Shown: piece after piece, positions 1 through 13,530 of the stretch
How positions within the stretch are numbered: position 1 is the stretch's first letter
How the letters are laid out: the number at the start of each line of letters is the position of its first letter
From: Macrostomum hystrix
Lineage: Eukaryota; Animalia; Platyhelminthes
NCBI GenBank assembly: GCA_950097015.1
Contig: CATNEN010000014.1
Coordinates: 1,612,001-1,676,000 of the forward strand
Length of the DNA stretch: 64,000 nt
Direction: 5' to 3'
Made by a program: the position numbers and the translations under genes
Notes under the pieces: generated by a model
Told to the model about the DNA's origin: nothing
Database searches by the model: none
The model's input: the letters and a program-made list of their open reading frames with translations, nothing else

Positions 1-485
1 TTTGTACATTTCTTCGTTAAGTGCAATACCGGTGCGTTTGCCATGTATTAGGTGTACTGACTTTCCTTTATGTTGATATGTCCTTCTGCCTGGGTTTTGT
101 TCCTTCTGTTCGGTCAGTAGAGCTATTTCACATTTCTCTTCTACCAGGATTTTGATAATTTCGCCGAAGCGGTGGTTCAGAATGTTGGCCCGCTGTACGT
201 TCCACGTGTGTATACGGATGTCTTTTTTGTCTGGGGCCTTTTTTTGGCTTTTTCCGCTTTTTCTTCTACGTCTTCTTTCCTTCCTGCGGTCGTTCCGACG
301 TTTATTCAGGTTTGTCGTCTTCTTTCTCCTGGGTCCTGGATTCTTTTCAATCGTGAGCAGCTTAGATGTTACTTCCGCTTCACTCCTGCGTAACTCCTCA
401 CTCTTCTGCGCCTCATCCTTCTCCGTCCACTCTTCGTTCTCCCACGAGGGTGGGTTAGCCTGATTTTTTCCGATCCGGAGGTCGG

Positions 486-1301
486 CTACTGCTCCGAATC
501 GTTGATGAAAAGGGCTGGTGGCGATGTGCCGTTGGACGCGGACACTCCGCTCCTGTGCGCCTTTCCCTGTGTTCTGTTTGCCAGACGTTTTTCCATTCGT
601 CTGTCCGCTTTTCGCCGCGAGAAGGCCGAACATCTTGAAAAGCAGTCTCTGGCATCTTCATGTTCTTCGTGATCATCGTCTTCTTCGTCTGAGGACTCAA
701 TTTCTCTAGTCAGAGAAGTCTGACAGCTCTGATGCACGAGGCTTGGGCTGCATTGAGACTGATGTTCTGACATTCCTCTTGAAATAACTGACTGGTTTCG
801 GTTCACTGTAATGGCAGGAGGTTCAGCCTCTACCTGTAGTTCTTCCTTCTGAACTTTTTCTTCGTTGGACCTTTCCGGCGGTCGTCTGGATAGGCTATCT
901 GCATTTCCATGCTTCGCTCCACTTCTATGCTCAATATCATATTGGAACTCGCTCAATCTCTCAATCCATCTTCCTAGGATTCCTTGCGCCTCGGTCTGTC
1001 TCAGCAACCATAAGATTGCCTTATGATCTGTGCGAGCCAGGAACCGTTTGCCTATCAGGTAGAACCTAAAATGCTTCATCCCGTCTACTAGTGCAAGTAA
1101 TTCCTTCCTTGTAATCGGATATCTCTTTTCAGACTCCTTCATTGCCCTGCTAAAATATGCTATGGGCCTTTCAACTCCATCAGATTGAATCTGACCTAGG
1201 CAGGCGCCGATTCTTCCATCGCTAGCATCTGCATCAAGCACCATTCTTACATTTTCATCATCCGTGAACTCAGGATATGCCAGTACTTCAGTGGAAGTCA
1301 T
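486..1301 (-). pseudogene. pol: Retroviral-type RNase H plus charged tether
   Basis: LDADASDGRIGACLGQ, YPITRKELLALV, RTDHKAI and KHGNADSLSR motifs. Confidence 0.92.
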
Positions 1302-1463
1302 CTTCCTTTTGAGTAGCTCAAAAGCTTCATCATGTTTTTTAGTCCACTTCTCCTTAAAGTTCTGGATTCCTTTCTTGGTTAACTGGAATAGCGGATGCGC
1401 TGCTTCGGCATAGTTCTGGACGAATCTACAATAGTAGTTACATAGTCCGAGGAAGCTTCTTAA

Positions 1464-2607
1464 CTACTTGACATCCTGTGGTGTTGGCCAAGTCTGGATT
1501 ACCTCTATTTTGGCAGGATCTGTACTTATTCCTTCTATTCCAACAACATGACCTAGATATTTCAATTCCTTTTGAAACAGATTACACTTCTTAGGTCTCA
1601 GCTTCAGTCCAGCAGTTGATAGTCTTTGAAACACTTCTCGTAGGTGGCTCATATGATCTTCAAATTCCTTTGAATACGTAACAATGCCATCAATGTAGGA
1701 CATAGCGTACTTGTGCTGGATACCCATTAACACTAGGTTCATCAGTCTCTGGAATGTTCCTGGGGCATTTGATAAGCCCTGAGCCATCACTTGATATTCA
1801 AACTGTCCTCGAGTCAAGGTGGAGAACGCCGTCATGAACTTATGCTCCTCCTTGATGGGTACCTGCCAGTAACCGGAATTCAAGTCTAGGCTACTGAAGT
1901 AGTTGCTTCCAGTCAGATGCGAGAAAGTCTCTTGTATATTCGGCAATGGGTATGGATAATAGTTGACACGAGAATTCAACACTCGAAAGTCACTAACAAT
2001 TCTGATAGTTCCATCTTTCTTTGGCACTATCACCAATGGTGTCGAGTATGTACTATAGCAAGCAAGGTCTTATTAAATTCTTTGCAAGCATGTCGTCAAG
2101 CTGTTCGTCTACTTGTTTCTGTAGATGTGGTGGAATTCTGCGTGTTGGAATCCTGACCGGAGTAGCATCTTTTAATGAGATCTCATGGGTTACCAGGTGG
2201 GTCAGACCCATGTCTTGATTATTCTGAGAGAAGGCTGATCTATTCTCCTTTACTAACTCAATTACTCTTGCTCTCTGCTCTGTTGTTAGCTCTTCACTGA
2301 TGTTAATCTCTTTGATCCATTCATCATCATTCTCCTCAGCTTTATTGCTCTTTACTGTCTTGATTTCTCCATCAGTCTTTGCATTAGGTAGTCTTTCCTC
2401 TTCCTGACTATTTAGGTAAACTAGATCTTTTATTTTTAATGGCTTTGCAACTCCAATGAAAGTTGACTTGGATAAGCGAACATCACTATTTTGCTGGTTG
2501 ATTACTTCCACTACACCTTCTCCGTTCGTCATTGTTACAAGAGTCGGACTTATTTCCAGACTACCTTCTTTTGTGATTATATTTCCTCCAGATCGCTCAA
2601 TTACCAT
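1464..2607 (-). pseudogene. pol: Reverse transcriptase, split across two frames
   Basis: PVRIPTRRIPP, IVSDFRVLN, FSSLDLNSGYWQVP and QGLSNAPGTFQRLM motifs. Catalytic YIDD reads YIDG. Frameshift near 2040-2053. Confidence 0.92.
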
Positions 2608-2626
2608 GGTTGTACCATGATTTGCT

Positions 2627-3682
2627 TCATTTTTTGGCTAATTTTACAGGTATTCTCAATGCACTATTAGCTGGTATAACAACTCTTTCTTGGCAAAATA
2701 CTCGGCAGACTCGGACTGGTAATTTAGTGAATCGAATAGGAAGGCAGATTCCATCCTTCATCATCAACATTCCTTTTGTGAAGCTGACATTCTCGCAATG
2801 ATTCATAAAAAACTCCATGCCTAGGATATCATCACAGTCGTGACTGCACAGCAAAAACTCTTTCTCGATTTCAACATCTCCAAATCTGACCTTTGTCGTA
2901 ACTTCACCTTCAATTCTGACTTTCGATCCATCAAATGTGGTTACTCTTCTATCTGACGGCTCAATTTCATGACTTTTGAACATCTTTTTCCACGAACACT
3001 TACTAAGAAAATTATGACCGGCTCCCGTATCTAACAAGAAATCAACTTTCTGTTTCCGAATCTCTCCACTTACAACAGCTTCACGTCCTTTCTTAATTGG
3101 TTCTTCATATTCACTGGTTTCTGGGGTAATATCGGCATGTACTTCTGTACTTTTAATCTTCTTATTCAAGTTTCCACGCGCAGGTGCATAATCGCATTTA
3201 GGTGCAAGCGGCTTATTTACAGTGGGTGCAGTGGGTGCATAATAATTCGCATGACTATTTACACTCTTCTTTGGCAAATAAAACTTATTATACTCGTCAC
3301 TTTGCTTATGTACAAACTTCTTCTGATTAACCTTGTACGCATTATTTACAAATTCAGAGGCCTGAGCTTCGTACTTTCTATTTCTTGAGGGGCGTGGCCT
3401 CGCAGTTCGACCCTCGGCAATCAGTTTCCCTGCGCCCGATAGTGCGGTTGTCTGGATTCTTGACAGAATCTGGCCATATGACCTGGTTTTCCACAGTTGA
3501 AGCAGGTTCTGGGTTGCTGCTGTTGCTGCATCATTGACTGTGTGGCCTGTTATTATTACGAGATCCTGCCTGCTGTTGCTGGCTAGGCTGGTGTTGGGCT
3601 CTGACAGCCTGGGCGTATGTCTGACGCTGTGGATTCTGTAAAATCTGCTGCTGCTGTTGCATTGGCTGTTGCTGATAGCCAT
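2627..3682 (-). pseudogene. Gag C-terminus / aspartic protease segment of pol
   Basis: VDFLLDTGAGHNFL active-site motif and DDILGMEF motif. Confidence 0.88.
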
Positions 3683-4418
3683 CTTTTTTCTCTGTTAGTT
3701 CTTGTAGCATTTTCCGCTGTTGAGCCAGTTCCATCATCTGTTTCCTCACCAGTTCTTCCAACCTTTCCCGAGCAAGCTTCTCTTGCTGATTATCCTCATC
3801 TTCCTTGGCCATTCTTACACCAGAATTATTTCTGTGTGACATACACCAGGCAGCCTCTATGCGCCTGAGAATTCTCTTCGCATCCTGCAGATTCGCTGGC
3901 TGGGCGAAAATCAGTTTTTCTCTGGTCTCTGTCGGAACCTTGGCTCCCCTAATGAACTGCTCCACCAGCTCTTCTTCTCGCTGTTCTATCGTCATATTAG
4001 GAAATGCCCTTGCGGCTAATTCGATCAAGCAATCGGAAAATGCTTCAGCAGATTCATTTCTTCCTTGCATCCTTCCTCGGAATTCCTCACGACATTCCGC
4101 AGAACTGCCAGTTCGTCCGAATCGTTCAATAAGTCTGTCCTTGAACTCCTGATATTCTAGATCTTCAGGAAGGTTCATTCGTTGAACTGCAGCGAAGGCC
4201 GTTGATAAGTCCAGATTGGCAAGCACTTCCTGCTTCCTGTTTTCTTCTGGAAAATCATCTGCATCACATCGGAGATCAAATGCCAGCAGCCACATCCTGA
4301 TGTCTTGGCCTGGCTTAAATTTCTCAATTTTCACATGGCGCGTTGGCCCGATCTCAAGTCTGTTTCTCAGTTCCTCGGCTAACATAGCCATTAAATCTTG
4401 AGCTTGTGCCTGATTCAT
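3531..4418 (-). pseudogene. gag: Gypsy gag (capsid-like)
   Basis: KIEKFKPGQDIRMWLLAFD...FRGRMQGRNESAEAFSDCL...EELVEQFIRG is typical retrotransposon gag. Starts just downstream of the PBS. Confidence 0.85.
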
Positions 4419-4449
4419 CTTGCTATAATCACTGCTTCTCTAATCCTTT

Positions 4450-4461
4450 CCGCTGCCACCA
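4450..4461 (-). promoter_or_regulatory. Primer-binding site TGGTGGCAGCGG (tRNA-Leu-like 3' end)
   Basis: Plus strand reads ccgctgccacca, 4 nt from a TG..CA LTR end and upstream of the gag ATG. Confidence 0.75.
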
Positions 4462-4465
4462 AAGT

Positions 4466-4730
4466 TGTACTAGGGCTTTACTTCTTTTTACTTAATTCTA
4501 CTGAATGCCACCAAAGTTGTTCTTGGGCTATTTTAATAATTCCACTGCTGTTGACTCAACTAATAGATATTTTTAATTGGCGGTCCTTAAATGGGCCGTT
4601 TTAACTTCTCAAATGGTAGCGTTTATATATATGCACGAGCGGTAACTAGGCAACTGTACACGTTTCCAGTCAATTAGGCGTCCCCGAGATTAGAGTTTAG
4701 CAGTTTCCCTTCTGTAATATTCTTAGTACA
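4466..4730 (-). mobile_element. 5' LTR of the Gypsy element (outer boundary uncertain, could extend to ~5190)
   Basis: 7-bp inverted ends TGTACTA (4466) and TAGTACA (4730), with a TATA-like tatatata near 4625. A second TATA-like motif near 5085 leaves a longer LTR possible. Confidence 0.5.
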
Positions 4731-5300
4731 ATTTCTGAGTATGATTCTGATTATATCTCTCACTGCTATCTCTTCTTAAAATGAATAACACAATGCAATA
4801 CCTTCGGAAATTTGCTTTTTAACACACTTAAAAACTCTTTTTACAAACACACTAAAACTTCTTCAATTTCAACTCTTTACACACTTCAAATTATCTCACT
4901 TTAAACTCACTCTTTAAACTCTTGAAAACACCTTAGAACACTTGTCTTTAACTTCAACTTCTTACAAGAAAACTTCGGAGACACTTTAGACTCTTTAACA
5001 CTCTCATACGAACTGAAACCAACGCTTCAAGAGGGGTGGGTTTGTTTGCCCTATTTATTTTTCCTGGTCAAAACTCGCGGCTATTTATACAGAGCAAATT
5101 GACATTTTGTTAAAACGATAATATTTTACAAAGTATTATTTACAGGATACAGTATTAAAACAAAATTATTTACATAAGCATTACTTTCAATACGGTACAA
5201 AGATAAACAAAAAATTATTTTTTTGGCGCACTTTTGATTTTATTTATTTTTACAATTTTTATAATAGAAAGAACGTATTTATAAAGTGGCTAACTGTTAC

Positions 5301-6034
5301 AATATCCATTGACAAAGCTTGATCACCCTCAACCCAATAGACCATGCTAGCACTTTGATATATTATAATATCCATTGACAAAGCTTGATCACCCTCAACC
5401 CAATAGACCATGCTAGCACTTTGATATATTATAATATCCATCGACAGAGCTTGATATCCCCTCAACCCAATAGACCATGCTAGCACTTTGATATATTTTA
5501 ATATCCATCGACAGAGCTTGATATCCCCTCAACCCAATAGACCATGCTAGCACTTTGATATATTATAATATCCATTGACAAGGCTTGATATCCCCTCAAC
5601 CCAATAGACCATGCTAGCACTTTGATATATTTTAATATCCATCGACAGAGCTTGATATCCCCTCAACCCAATAGACCATGCTAGCACTTTGATATATTAT
5701 AATATCCATTGACAAGGCTTGATATCCCCTCAACCCAATAGACCATGCTAGCACTTTGATATATTATAATATCCATTGACAAGGCTTGATATCCCCTCAA
5801 CCCAATAGACCATGCTAGCACTTTGATATATTTTAATATCCATCGACAGAGCTTGATATCCCCTCAACCCAATAGACCATGCTAGCACTTTGATATATTA
5901 TAATATCCATTGACAAGGCTTGATATCCCCTCAACCCAATAGACCATGCTAGCACTTTGATATATTATAATATCCATTGACAAGGCTTGATATCCCCTCA
6001 ACCCAATAGACCATGCTAGCACTTTGATATATTA
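5301..6034. repeat. 67-bp minisatellite, ~11 copies
   Basis: Unit aatatccattgacaaggcttgatatcccctcaacccaatagaccatgctagcactttgatatattat; period checked at 5701 and 5768. Confidence 0.97.
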
Positions 6035-6036
6035 TC

Positions 6037-6110
6037 AAATGCTGAGCCTAGATAATTATCAATGCTGAGCCTAGATAACTATCAATGCTGAGCCTAGATA
6101 TCTATCAACG
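6037..6110. repeat. ~22-bp tandem repeat x3
   Basis: caatgctgagcctagata(a/t)... repeated three times. Confidence 0.85.
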
Positions 6111-6399
6111 CTTTTGGAAGTAACTAAGCAATTAAGTAAGCAAGTATCAAAAAAGATTTTACTTGCTACCAAGAAAAGCCGATCACTTGAATCAATTCAG
6201 TTCTCAGCTGTTGCCTTTTGGAGTAGGCTGTGATGTGAATCTGCTATAATTGAAATCTGCTATATCTGCCAAATGGGTTTGAATAAAACTTAATAAATAA
6301 ATAATAAATATCTTCAGTGCCGAACAGATAACAGAAGCCAGCTCAGCCTGTGCACATTGGGCAGTATTTATCTCGCATGTGGGGTTGACACAGCTATGC

Positions 6400-6702
6400 A
6401 CATTTGGGTGAGAAATTTCTTATCAGTTCGCTCGCCTAACAAAACTGGCTCTGATGCAATCATTAAAATTGGCACTGGAGTCTCACTGTGCACAAGCTGA
6501 AAACAAGAACGCATTAGAAAAGCCTATATAAAACAGTTTTTCGAATATATTTAATCCCCTTGGCAATGGAATTAAGCTTAATAAAAATACGTAAACCGAT
6601 TCCGGCCCATTTGTGATCTTTTGGCGAAGGAATTGTGAAAATCGGTTGAGCCGTTCGGGAGCTAGTCGATTGCAAACATACAAGCAAGCAAGCAAGCAAG
6701 AT
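6400..6702 (+). mobile_element. Putative non-autonomous Helitron/Helentron (DINE-1/HINE-like) remnant
   Basis: Motif gtgaaaatcggttgagccgttcgggagctagtcg followed by a (caag)n tetranucleotide tail resembles DINE-1-like 3' regions. Recognised by eye only. Confidence 0.4.
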
Positions 6703-7052
6703 TTTTTGCATGCGTTAAGCAAAAAATCAATATAAAAATATTTTACTCGAATAGCTGGTGTAGTCTTCAACAGAAATATAGTTAAGAGTCGAATTGAAAA
6801 AAAAATTACCGAAGTCAGTTTGCGCATTCAACAGGACTAGGCAGCCCACACATATAAAATTCGGCATTCCTTGCCTTTAATTTCTGTTTACAAAATAATG
6901 CTGCTTTTTATGAATAGTGAAAATTGAAAAAAAAGAAATTTTCTTGCATACGTTAAGCAAATAATCAAGCAACCAAGCAACATAGGGATTCCTTCCTAAA
7001 GCAATTTTTAGGAAACTTTGAAACCTGTCTGGTACTTATGCCAGCTCTACTC
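6700..7052 (+). repeat. Dispersed repeat, copy A (copy B at ~52986-53338)
   Basis: Colinear near-identical sequence from attttttgcatgcgttaagc to ccagctctactc in both places. Confidence 0.9.
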
Positions 7053-8865
7053 CCCTGTGTAAAAGTCAGTCGAAAAGACGTCTTTTCGACCCCTACGGTC
7101 CGATCTTACCCTTCGTCAGCTCAGCTAAATAATCGAGTTAGCTGCTGAAAACGTCTTAAGAGCCTTGTTTTCAGTTATTTATGCATTTAAAAGAAGAAAA
7201 AATATGTACTTCCAACAGTCCGATTTCAGTCCGAAAAAGGACGACGCGTCCGCCGGCATGGTCCGTTTTGAGTTCTCAAAAGGACGACGAGGAGGACGAT
7301 GCTCCGAAAAAAATTACTATCGTTCTACCTTACAGCATGTGTCCACATGACTAAAATATGCAGCTTCTAATTAAAAATTTCGGAATTTATGCTATTGTGT
7401 AAATATTTTATATCGGTCGCTTTCCAACCCCTTTTAGTCCTTTTTTGATCTACTGTCCAGAACCTAACAGAACATGCTTGAAATACTACTCGTATTTAAA
7501 CGTTAGTAGTGCAGCAAGTTAAATGTTCGGTTTGTACTCGTATAATCGAATATTAGTATTAAGATATAACTTATTTACAATACATATACTTACTGTTTTA
7601 CTGATCAGTGAGGGCAAAGAAATAAAAAAGAAATAAAATGTATTAGCAAGAAGGCTACCAACTTCCACTGCAAAATATTCCATCACTATCTGTGATCATC
7701 TCTATCTCCAAGAGCCCACATTGTCTCCCGTGAACAATCAATCTAGACACCGTCTCCCATAGCTAGACAATCTAGCCACTCTCCGCAATAAACAGTGTTG
7801 CTATAGTAACTGTCTTTCTAGCTATGGGCTAGCTACCTAGAAAATCTTCGAGATTTTGATCTACTCATAGTAGCTACCCACTGTCTCCCATAGAACTACC
7901 CCAATTCCCCAATTCCCCAATCCTGGAAGTAACACTGTGTTTTCGCAAATAACGGTGGTAGACAATAATCTGTAATTTTATTTCTCATTGACAGTGTCAA
8001 TGACGCTTAAAAATTTGGAAATCTACGTTTATAAATTTGATTATAGGCAATCGTTATAGACAAAGATAAATATGCAAATTGGGTCTAAAAAATCAAAATT
8101 TCTTCCAGATGTTCTCCATCAACATCTGACGCCCGGTACACGGTCAGGTGCGTCAAGAAATGGAAGCTGCGGATGACATTGATATTAGTGTTTATTCTAA
8201 GATGTGCTCCTCAGAAGTTCGAGCGTCATGAAACTGTTGCCGTACAGTTCAGCGGCATAATCACTGCAATATAACTGTTTGTCGCGAGAAATAAATTCGA
8301 AAATACGTTTTTAATAATTAATAGACACAACAGGCATTTTATAAGAAAGCATTTTATTAAAAAATTAACGCAGCAAATCATAATGCTGACACAGCTAGTG
8401 CTTTCACCTGTGATCGAATATTTTGGGATCGTTTTCCTGAAAGCGGCTCATCTATGTCTACAAGACTTAATAAGTCTGAATACGGATATTCAAAACTTAT
8501 AAGCAATTTAGTGCAGCTCCACATGGTATATTATGCAGAATCACCAAGCAGTGTTAAGCATTTAACCCATGCATGGCACAACTGAGCCAAAAATCTTGTC
8601 AACTTGCGCATCAGAGGCCACACCAAGTGCGACTCACTGCGCACTTGCTGTAAGAATTTAAGAAATGCATCAGCGCCTAAATTCATAATGCCGGTCGCCC
8701 TCACAATTGAGCGACCGGCATTACGAGCGTAAATCGACGACTCTCCAAATCACTCCGCCATTATGTATACACATTACCATAGAATATACCACCACGGGCA
8801 CCAGGGGAGAATATTCTACAGTAATTACAAAGAAGGCAGAAACAGTTGTCAGTCATATACTCGGC

Positions 8866-9909
8866 AGCTGGCACTTGTCGGCTAGCAGTTGTCTAGACTG
8901 GCAGTTGTCGGGTGGCAGTCTTCCGACTGGCAGTTGTCGGGTGGCAGTCTTCCGGCTAGCAGTTGTCTAGACTGGCAGTTGTCGGGTGGCAGTCTTCCGA
9001 CTGGCAGTTGTCGGGTGGCAGTCTTCCGGCTAGCAGTTGTCTAGACTGGCAGTTGTCGGGTGGCAGTGGCAGTCTTCCGGCTAGCAGTTGTCTAGACTGG
9101 CAGTTGTCGGGTGGCAGTCTTCCGGCTAGCAGTTGTCTAGACTGGCAGTTGTCGGGTGGCAGTGGCAGTCTTCCGGCTAGCAGTTGTCTAGACTGGCAGT
9201 TGTCGGGTGGCAGTGGCAGTCTTCCGGCTAGCAGTTGTCTAGACTGGCAGTTGTCGGGTGGCAGTCTTCCGGCTAGCAGTTGTCTAGACTGGCAGTTGTC
9301 GGGTGGCAGTCTTCCGGCTAGCAGTTGTCTAGACTGGCAGTTGTCGGGTGGCAGTCTTCCGGCTAGCAGTTGTCTAGACTGGCAGTTGTCGGCTGGCAGT
9401 CTTCCGACTGGCAGTTGTCTAGACTGGCAGTTGCCGGGTGGGAGTCTTCCGGCTAGCAGTTGTCTAGACTGGCAGTTGCCGGGTGGCAGTGGCAGTCTTC
9501 CGGCTAGCAGTTGTCTAGACTGGCAGTTATCGGGTGGCAGTCTTCCGGCTAGCAGTTGTCTAGACTGGCAGTTGTCGGGTGGCAGTCTTCCGGCTAGCAG
9601 TTGTCTAGACTGGCAGTTGTCGGGTGGCAGTCTTCCGGCTAGCAGTTGTCTAGACTGGCAGTTGCCGGGTGGCAGTGGCAGTCTTCCGGCTAGCAGTTGT
9701 CTAGACTGGCAGTTATCGGGTGGCAGTCTTCCGGCTAGCAGTTGTCTAGACTGGCAGTTGTCGGGTGGCAGTCTTCCGGCTAGCAGTTGTCTAGACTGGC
9801 AGTTGTCGGGTGGCAGTCTTCCGGCTAGCAGTTGTCTAGACTGGCAGTTGCCGGGTGGCAGTGGCAGTCTTCCGGCTAGCAGTTGTCTAGACTGGCAGTT
9901 GTCGGGTGC
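8866..9909. repeat. 45-bp minisatellite (51-bp variants), ~22 copies
   Basis: Unit ggcagtcttccggctagcagttgtctagactggcagttgtcgggt, with occasional extra ggcagt. Confidence 0.97.
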
Positions 9910-9912
9910 AAA

Positions 9913-11131
9913 GAGTAAACTCGAAAATGCAACTTCTCTTAAAAGTACTGCATCGTGTACTGACGCTCAATCAATGTTCACAGGCAGGCATGGATGCTGT
10001 TCTTTTGAAGAGGGCTCTAAATGCTATTCAAAGACACCAAACTTGATTCGAGAAATTGCACTGCTAAAATCTTATGAGTAATCTTATGAGAAATTGGCAT
10101 AGGCCCCTGGTGTCAAAATTGCTGCAATGTGCCTTCCATTTCGAAAAATCGAATTTTCCAACACTAATGCAGCTGCTCATCGGATGCAGCATAGTATTGG
10201 GTACATTTCGTCTCCGTACATAAAAAAAATTCGCAAGACCGTTTTTACAAACTTTACCTTTAAAGGTTCGAAACATTGCATGATTTATTAAATTTCGATC
10301 TACAGAAACAACACGTTTTCCAACTGCAAATCAAGATTTAGCATCTTGAATGTGACGCTGACTTTAAGTTGACATGTCATTCTCAATCAAGCATCCACAT
10401 GCGTCTGTTGACACCATTTTCAAGTCAATGCGACCAAGTGCACTATCGCACGGGCAGAAATAGCAAACTTTTTCTCTCATACGTACACCTGTACAGGAAC
10501 ATATTTCAGTACAGATGCCCAACTACTGAATGTGTGTACACGAGTCTAGTATCAAATGAAAGAGGGTCCTAAATGCAATTCAGCAACGTATTGCAATTCA
10601 CAATTGGAATTCAGCGCAACACCAACGGATGCAGCAATCAAAAGTTATGACTGATCCCGTTTTGCATGCTTTAGCCACCCGGCGGGTCAAAATTTGGGAT
10701 TTTCGCATCCACCTTCGGGGCAAGTGGATGCTAAGAAAATTCGAAATATACATATTGTGCGCACATTTGTTTCTCTTTTAAAAACTGAAACCGAACTCAA
10801 ATCGCACACCAAATACGTTCTGGCCATGCAGTTTTGTACCTCGAAAAATGACAAAAAATCACCAAAAACACGTTTTTGGGAATTAATTATCCACATATTC
10901 GGTAAACAATATCCAATCAGTCTGAAAACAACATTGTCGTATAGGCGACACCCAAGAAAGTTGGTTGACATGTGTTGAAATGCAATTCAAATCACATGTC
11001 TGTGCCATAGAGGCGTCCAAAGTGCACCCTGTACTAAAAGTACTTTAAAAGTGCACATTTTTTTCAATCACAAAAGTACACGGTCAAAAAGTTTCTTCAC
11101 CATCAAGTAGACCCATGTGTTAAGGTTACGA
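9913..11131 (+). repeat. ~1.2-kb dispersed non-coding element, copy A (copy B at ~49425-50750)
   Basis: Long colinear similarity from cgaaaatgcaacttctcttaaaagtactgc to catcaagtag...ggttacga. Probably a non-autonomous DNA transposon. Confidence 0.88.
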
Positions 11132-11319
11132 CCCAGAAAATCAAAGTCCGCGCTAGCGCGCGGCCTTTGACTTGCATAGTGAGAGAGTTTAAAAACATGC
11201 ACATTTTTTTCAAACTCAAAAACACGTTTTTGACCCTTTGACCCAGAAGATGGGTCAGCAAGAAAAAATCCAGATCAAATCATTGTAGGCTTCTATAGCC
11301 TGCATTGACTGGATAGAGT

Positions 11320-13530
11320 CTTGACTTACTTGACTTAGCGGCAGGGAGCTTCCATCACGGACGCAGCGAGGAGGCGGCCGGTGCCGCCCATATCGCTAAC
11401 CCCTGGCAGCCGGACGGCCTCCAGCTAGGCGGTGCCGCTCACGGCGGTCCGTCGGTCGGTTCCGCCGCGCGATCCCCCTCGCCATAGGCTGGGAAGAAAT
11501 CAGCTCGGCCGGTATCCCGAAGGAAGTGGGCGAGCTGTGGAATGCTCTCGGGCGAGCAGGCTTCGACTAGGGTCGGCACCGGCCCGAGATGTTTTAGCCT
11601 AGCCCGGGTGAAGGCCGGGCAGTGGCAGATGAAATGCTAGGCGTTTTCACGTCCGGAGCAGCAGAAGGGACACGTTTCCTCAGGCACGTGGCCTTGGAAG
11701 TGGCGATGTCTGGTGAAGCAGCCATGTCCCGAGAGGGCCATGGTGACTGCTCTCAGGTCTCTGCGATTTAGCCTAAGCAAGGCTTTTCGCTGGTTACTAG
11801 AGGGGGTTGGCACCGCAGCTCTGGACTGGCGACAGTTGGAGTTGATGTTGGAGTTGACCACAGAAACGGGGATCGGGGCCACCGGGCCCGGGCCCATCAG
11901 GGAGCTGGCTGCTCCAGCCTTTGCAAGCTGGTCCGCCATCTCATTCCCTGTGAGCCCGGCGTGCCCAGGGATCCACATCAGCTCCACCTTGTTAGACTGT
12001 GCCAATCCGTTTAACTGGGTGTGGCAGTCTAAGGTGGTTCTGGAGCGAGAGGTGCAGCGGCTGAGGGCCTTGAGAGCTGCTTGACTGTCGGAGTGAAAGA
12101 AAATCCTTCGTCCAGTCAGCTGCCTCTGGCGCAGCTCAGCCGCACAGAGACTGATGGCGAGCATTTCGTTTTGGAAAACGCTTGAGCTCCTGCCACAGTG
12201 TTGGGAGTGGGTCCAGAGGACCTCACCACCCGAGGCGATGCACACTCCGAATCCCGAATTACCGTTCATCAGAGAGCCGTCAGTGTAACAGTGGACCGCT
12301 GGGTCATCCCAGCAGTCCTTAACCTCATTGCGAGGGAGGATGCTGACCTTGTACCTGTGGCTCCGGAGCAAAGTTCTTGGGGGTTAGCCCCCAAGTGGTA
12401 CCCACGGCACGCCTGACTTGCGCCAGTATGGCCAGGGCCCTCTTTGCCTTTGTGATGATGTGCGGGGTCCAGTTAAGCCTATGGTCTAGCAGGAGACCAA
12501 GGCATCGGACCTGCTTTTCCATGGCAATATTCTTGCAATAGAGAGTCAGAGGCTCAATGGTCCAGAGCAGTCTGCTGGTAAAATAACCGCTACGGTCTTG
12601 GACTCAGAGAGTCGGAGCCCGCATTGGTCCGCCCAGTTCACCGCCCTGTTGATAAAGCCCCGAATTAGGTCTCTGGTGGTTTCCGCTGAGGGGCCCGCGC
12701 AGATGGTTACATCAGTTACATCATCGGCGTATCCCACTTTCAGGACCGGGTCAGGACGAGTGCTTTTCAGCAACTCATCCATGACGAGGTTCCACAGCAG
12801 TGGAGTGAGGACGCCGCCTTGGGGCCCTACTTTTAGGACAGGTGCCGAGAGCGACCTGCGATCGAGGTGGGCCACCACGCGGCGTTGCCGGATCATGTAC
12901 ATGACCCAGCGAACGAGGTGAGGATGAGTGGCCCTGGAAACTAGGGCCCTCTCAAAGGCTTCGAAAATAACGTTATCGAAGGCCCCCTCGATGTCGAGGA
13001 AGACGGCCAGGGCAAAACCACTGCCCAGCACTGCCTTCTCGAGAGTCTCCACGATGCAGTGGAGGGCGCTCTCCGTGGACCGGCCCGCCCGGAAGGCGTG
13101 CTGGTTTGAGGAAAGCGGAGCCCGCCCTAGCTCTACAGTAAGAAGGCGCCAGAGCACCAGTCTTTCCATGAGCTTGAGGCAGTTGGAGGTCAGGCTTATC
13201 GGGCGATAAGACTTGACCGAGCGTAGTCGCCCTTGGCGGGCTTCGGGATAAAGATGACACGGGCTTCATGCCACAGCGCTGGCACATAGCCCAGCACGAT
13301 GCAGGCCCGTAGAAGTCTGCAGAGGAGATGGAGGAAGCGGCCATTTTTGACCGCTTCATGCAGAAAGGCCGGATAGATACCGTCTGGCCCAGGTGTTTTA
13401 TAATGGTTGAAAGACTTTGCCGCGCGAGCGATGCGGTCATTCGTGACAAGTGACTGAGCCAGGCCCTGACCGCCATGCGAGTGGTCGTCTGGGCCAAAGT
13501 GCGCCGGTACACTCCTGGATAGAGTCACTT
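11320..13530 (-). mobile_element. 5'-truncated, frameshifted non-LTR retrotransposon with RT + RNase H + C-terminal Cys/His motif (I/Loa/R1-like)
   Basis: RT motifs KTPGPDGI, NQHAFRAGRSTE, FLDIEGAFDN, PQGGVLTPLLWN and YADD. RNase H motifs [29 protein letters not shown] and [11 protein letters not shown]-terminal H..CPFC. Short (AAGTC)-like tail near 11320-11340. Confidence 0.9.

Larger units (their letters stand above)
1..4461 (-). mobile_element. Ty3/Gypsy LTR retrotransposon internal region, frameshifted; integrase and 3' LTR lie beyond the window start
   Basis: Order gag, protease, RT, RNase H on the minus strand in several broken frames. PBS adjacent to an LTR-like end. Confidence 0.93.

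Noticed and set aside
8963-10081. 372-aa ORF
   Set aside because: It is a translation of the 45-bp minisatellite running into a dispersed repeat, with no domain signal.
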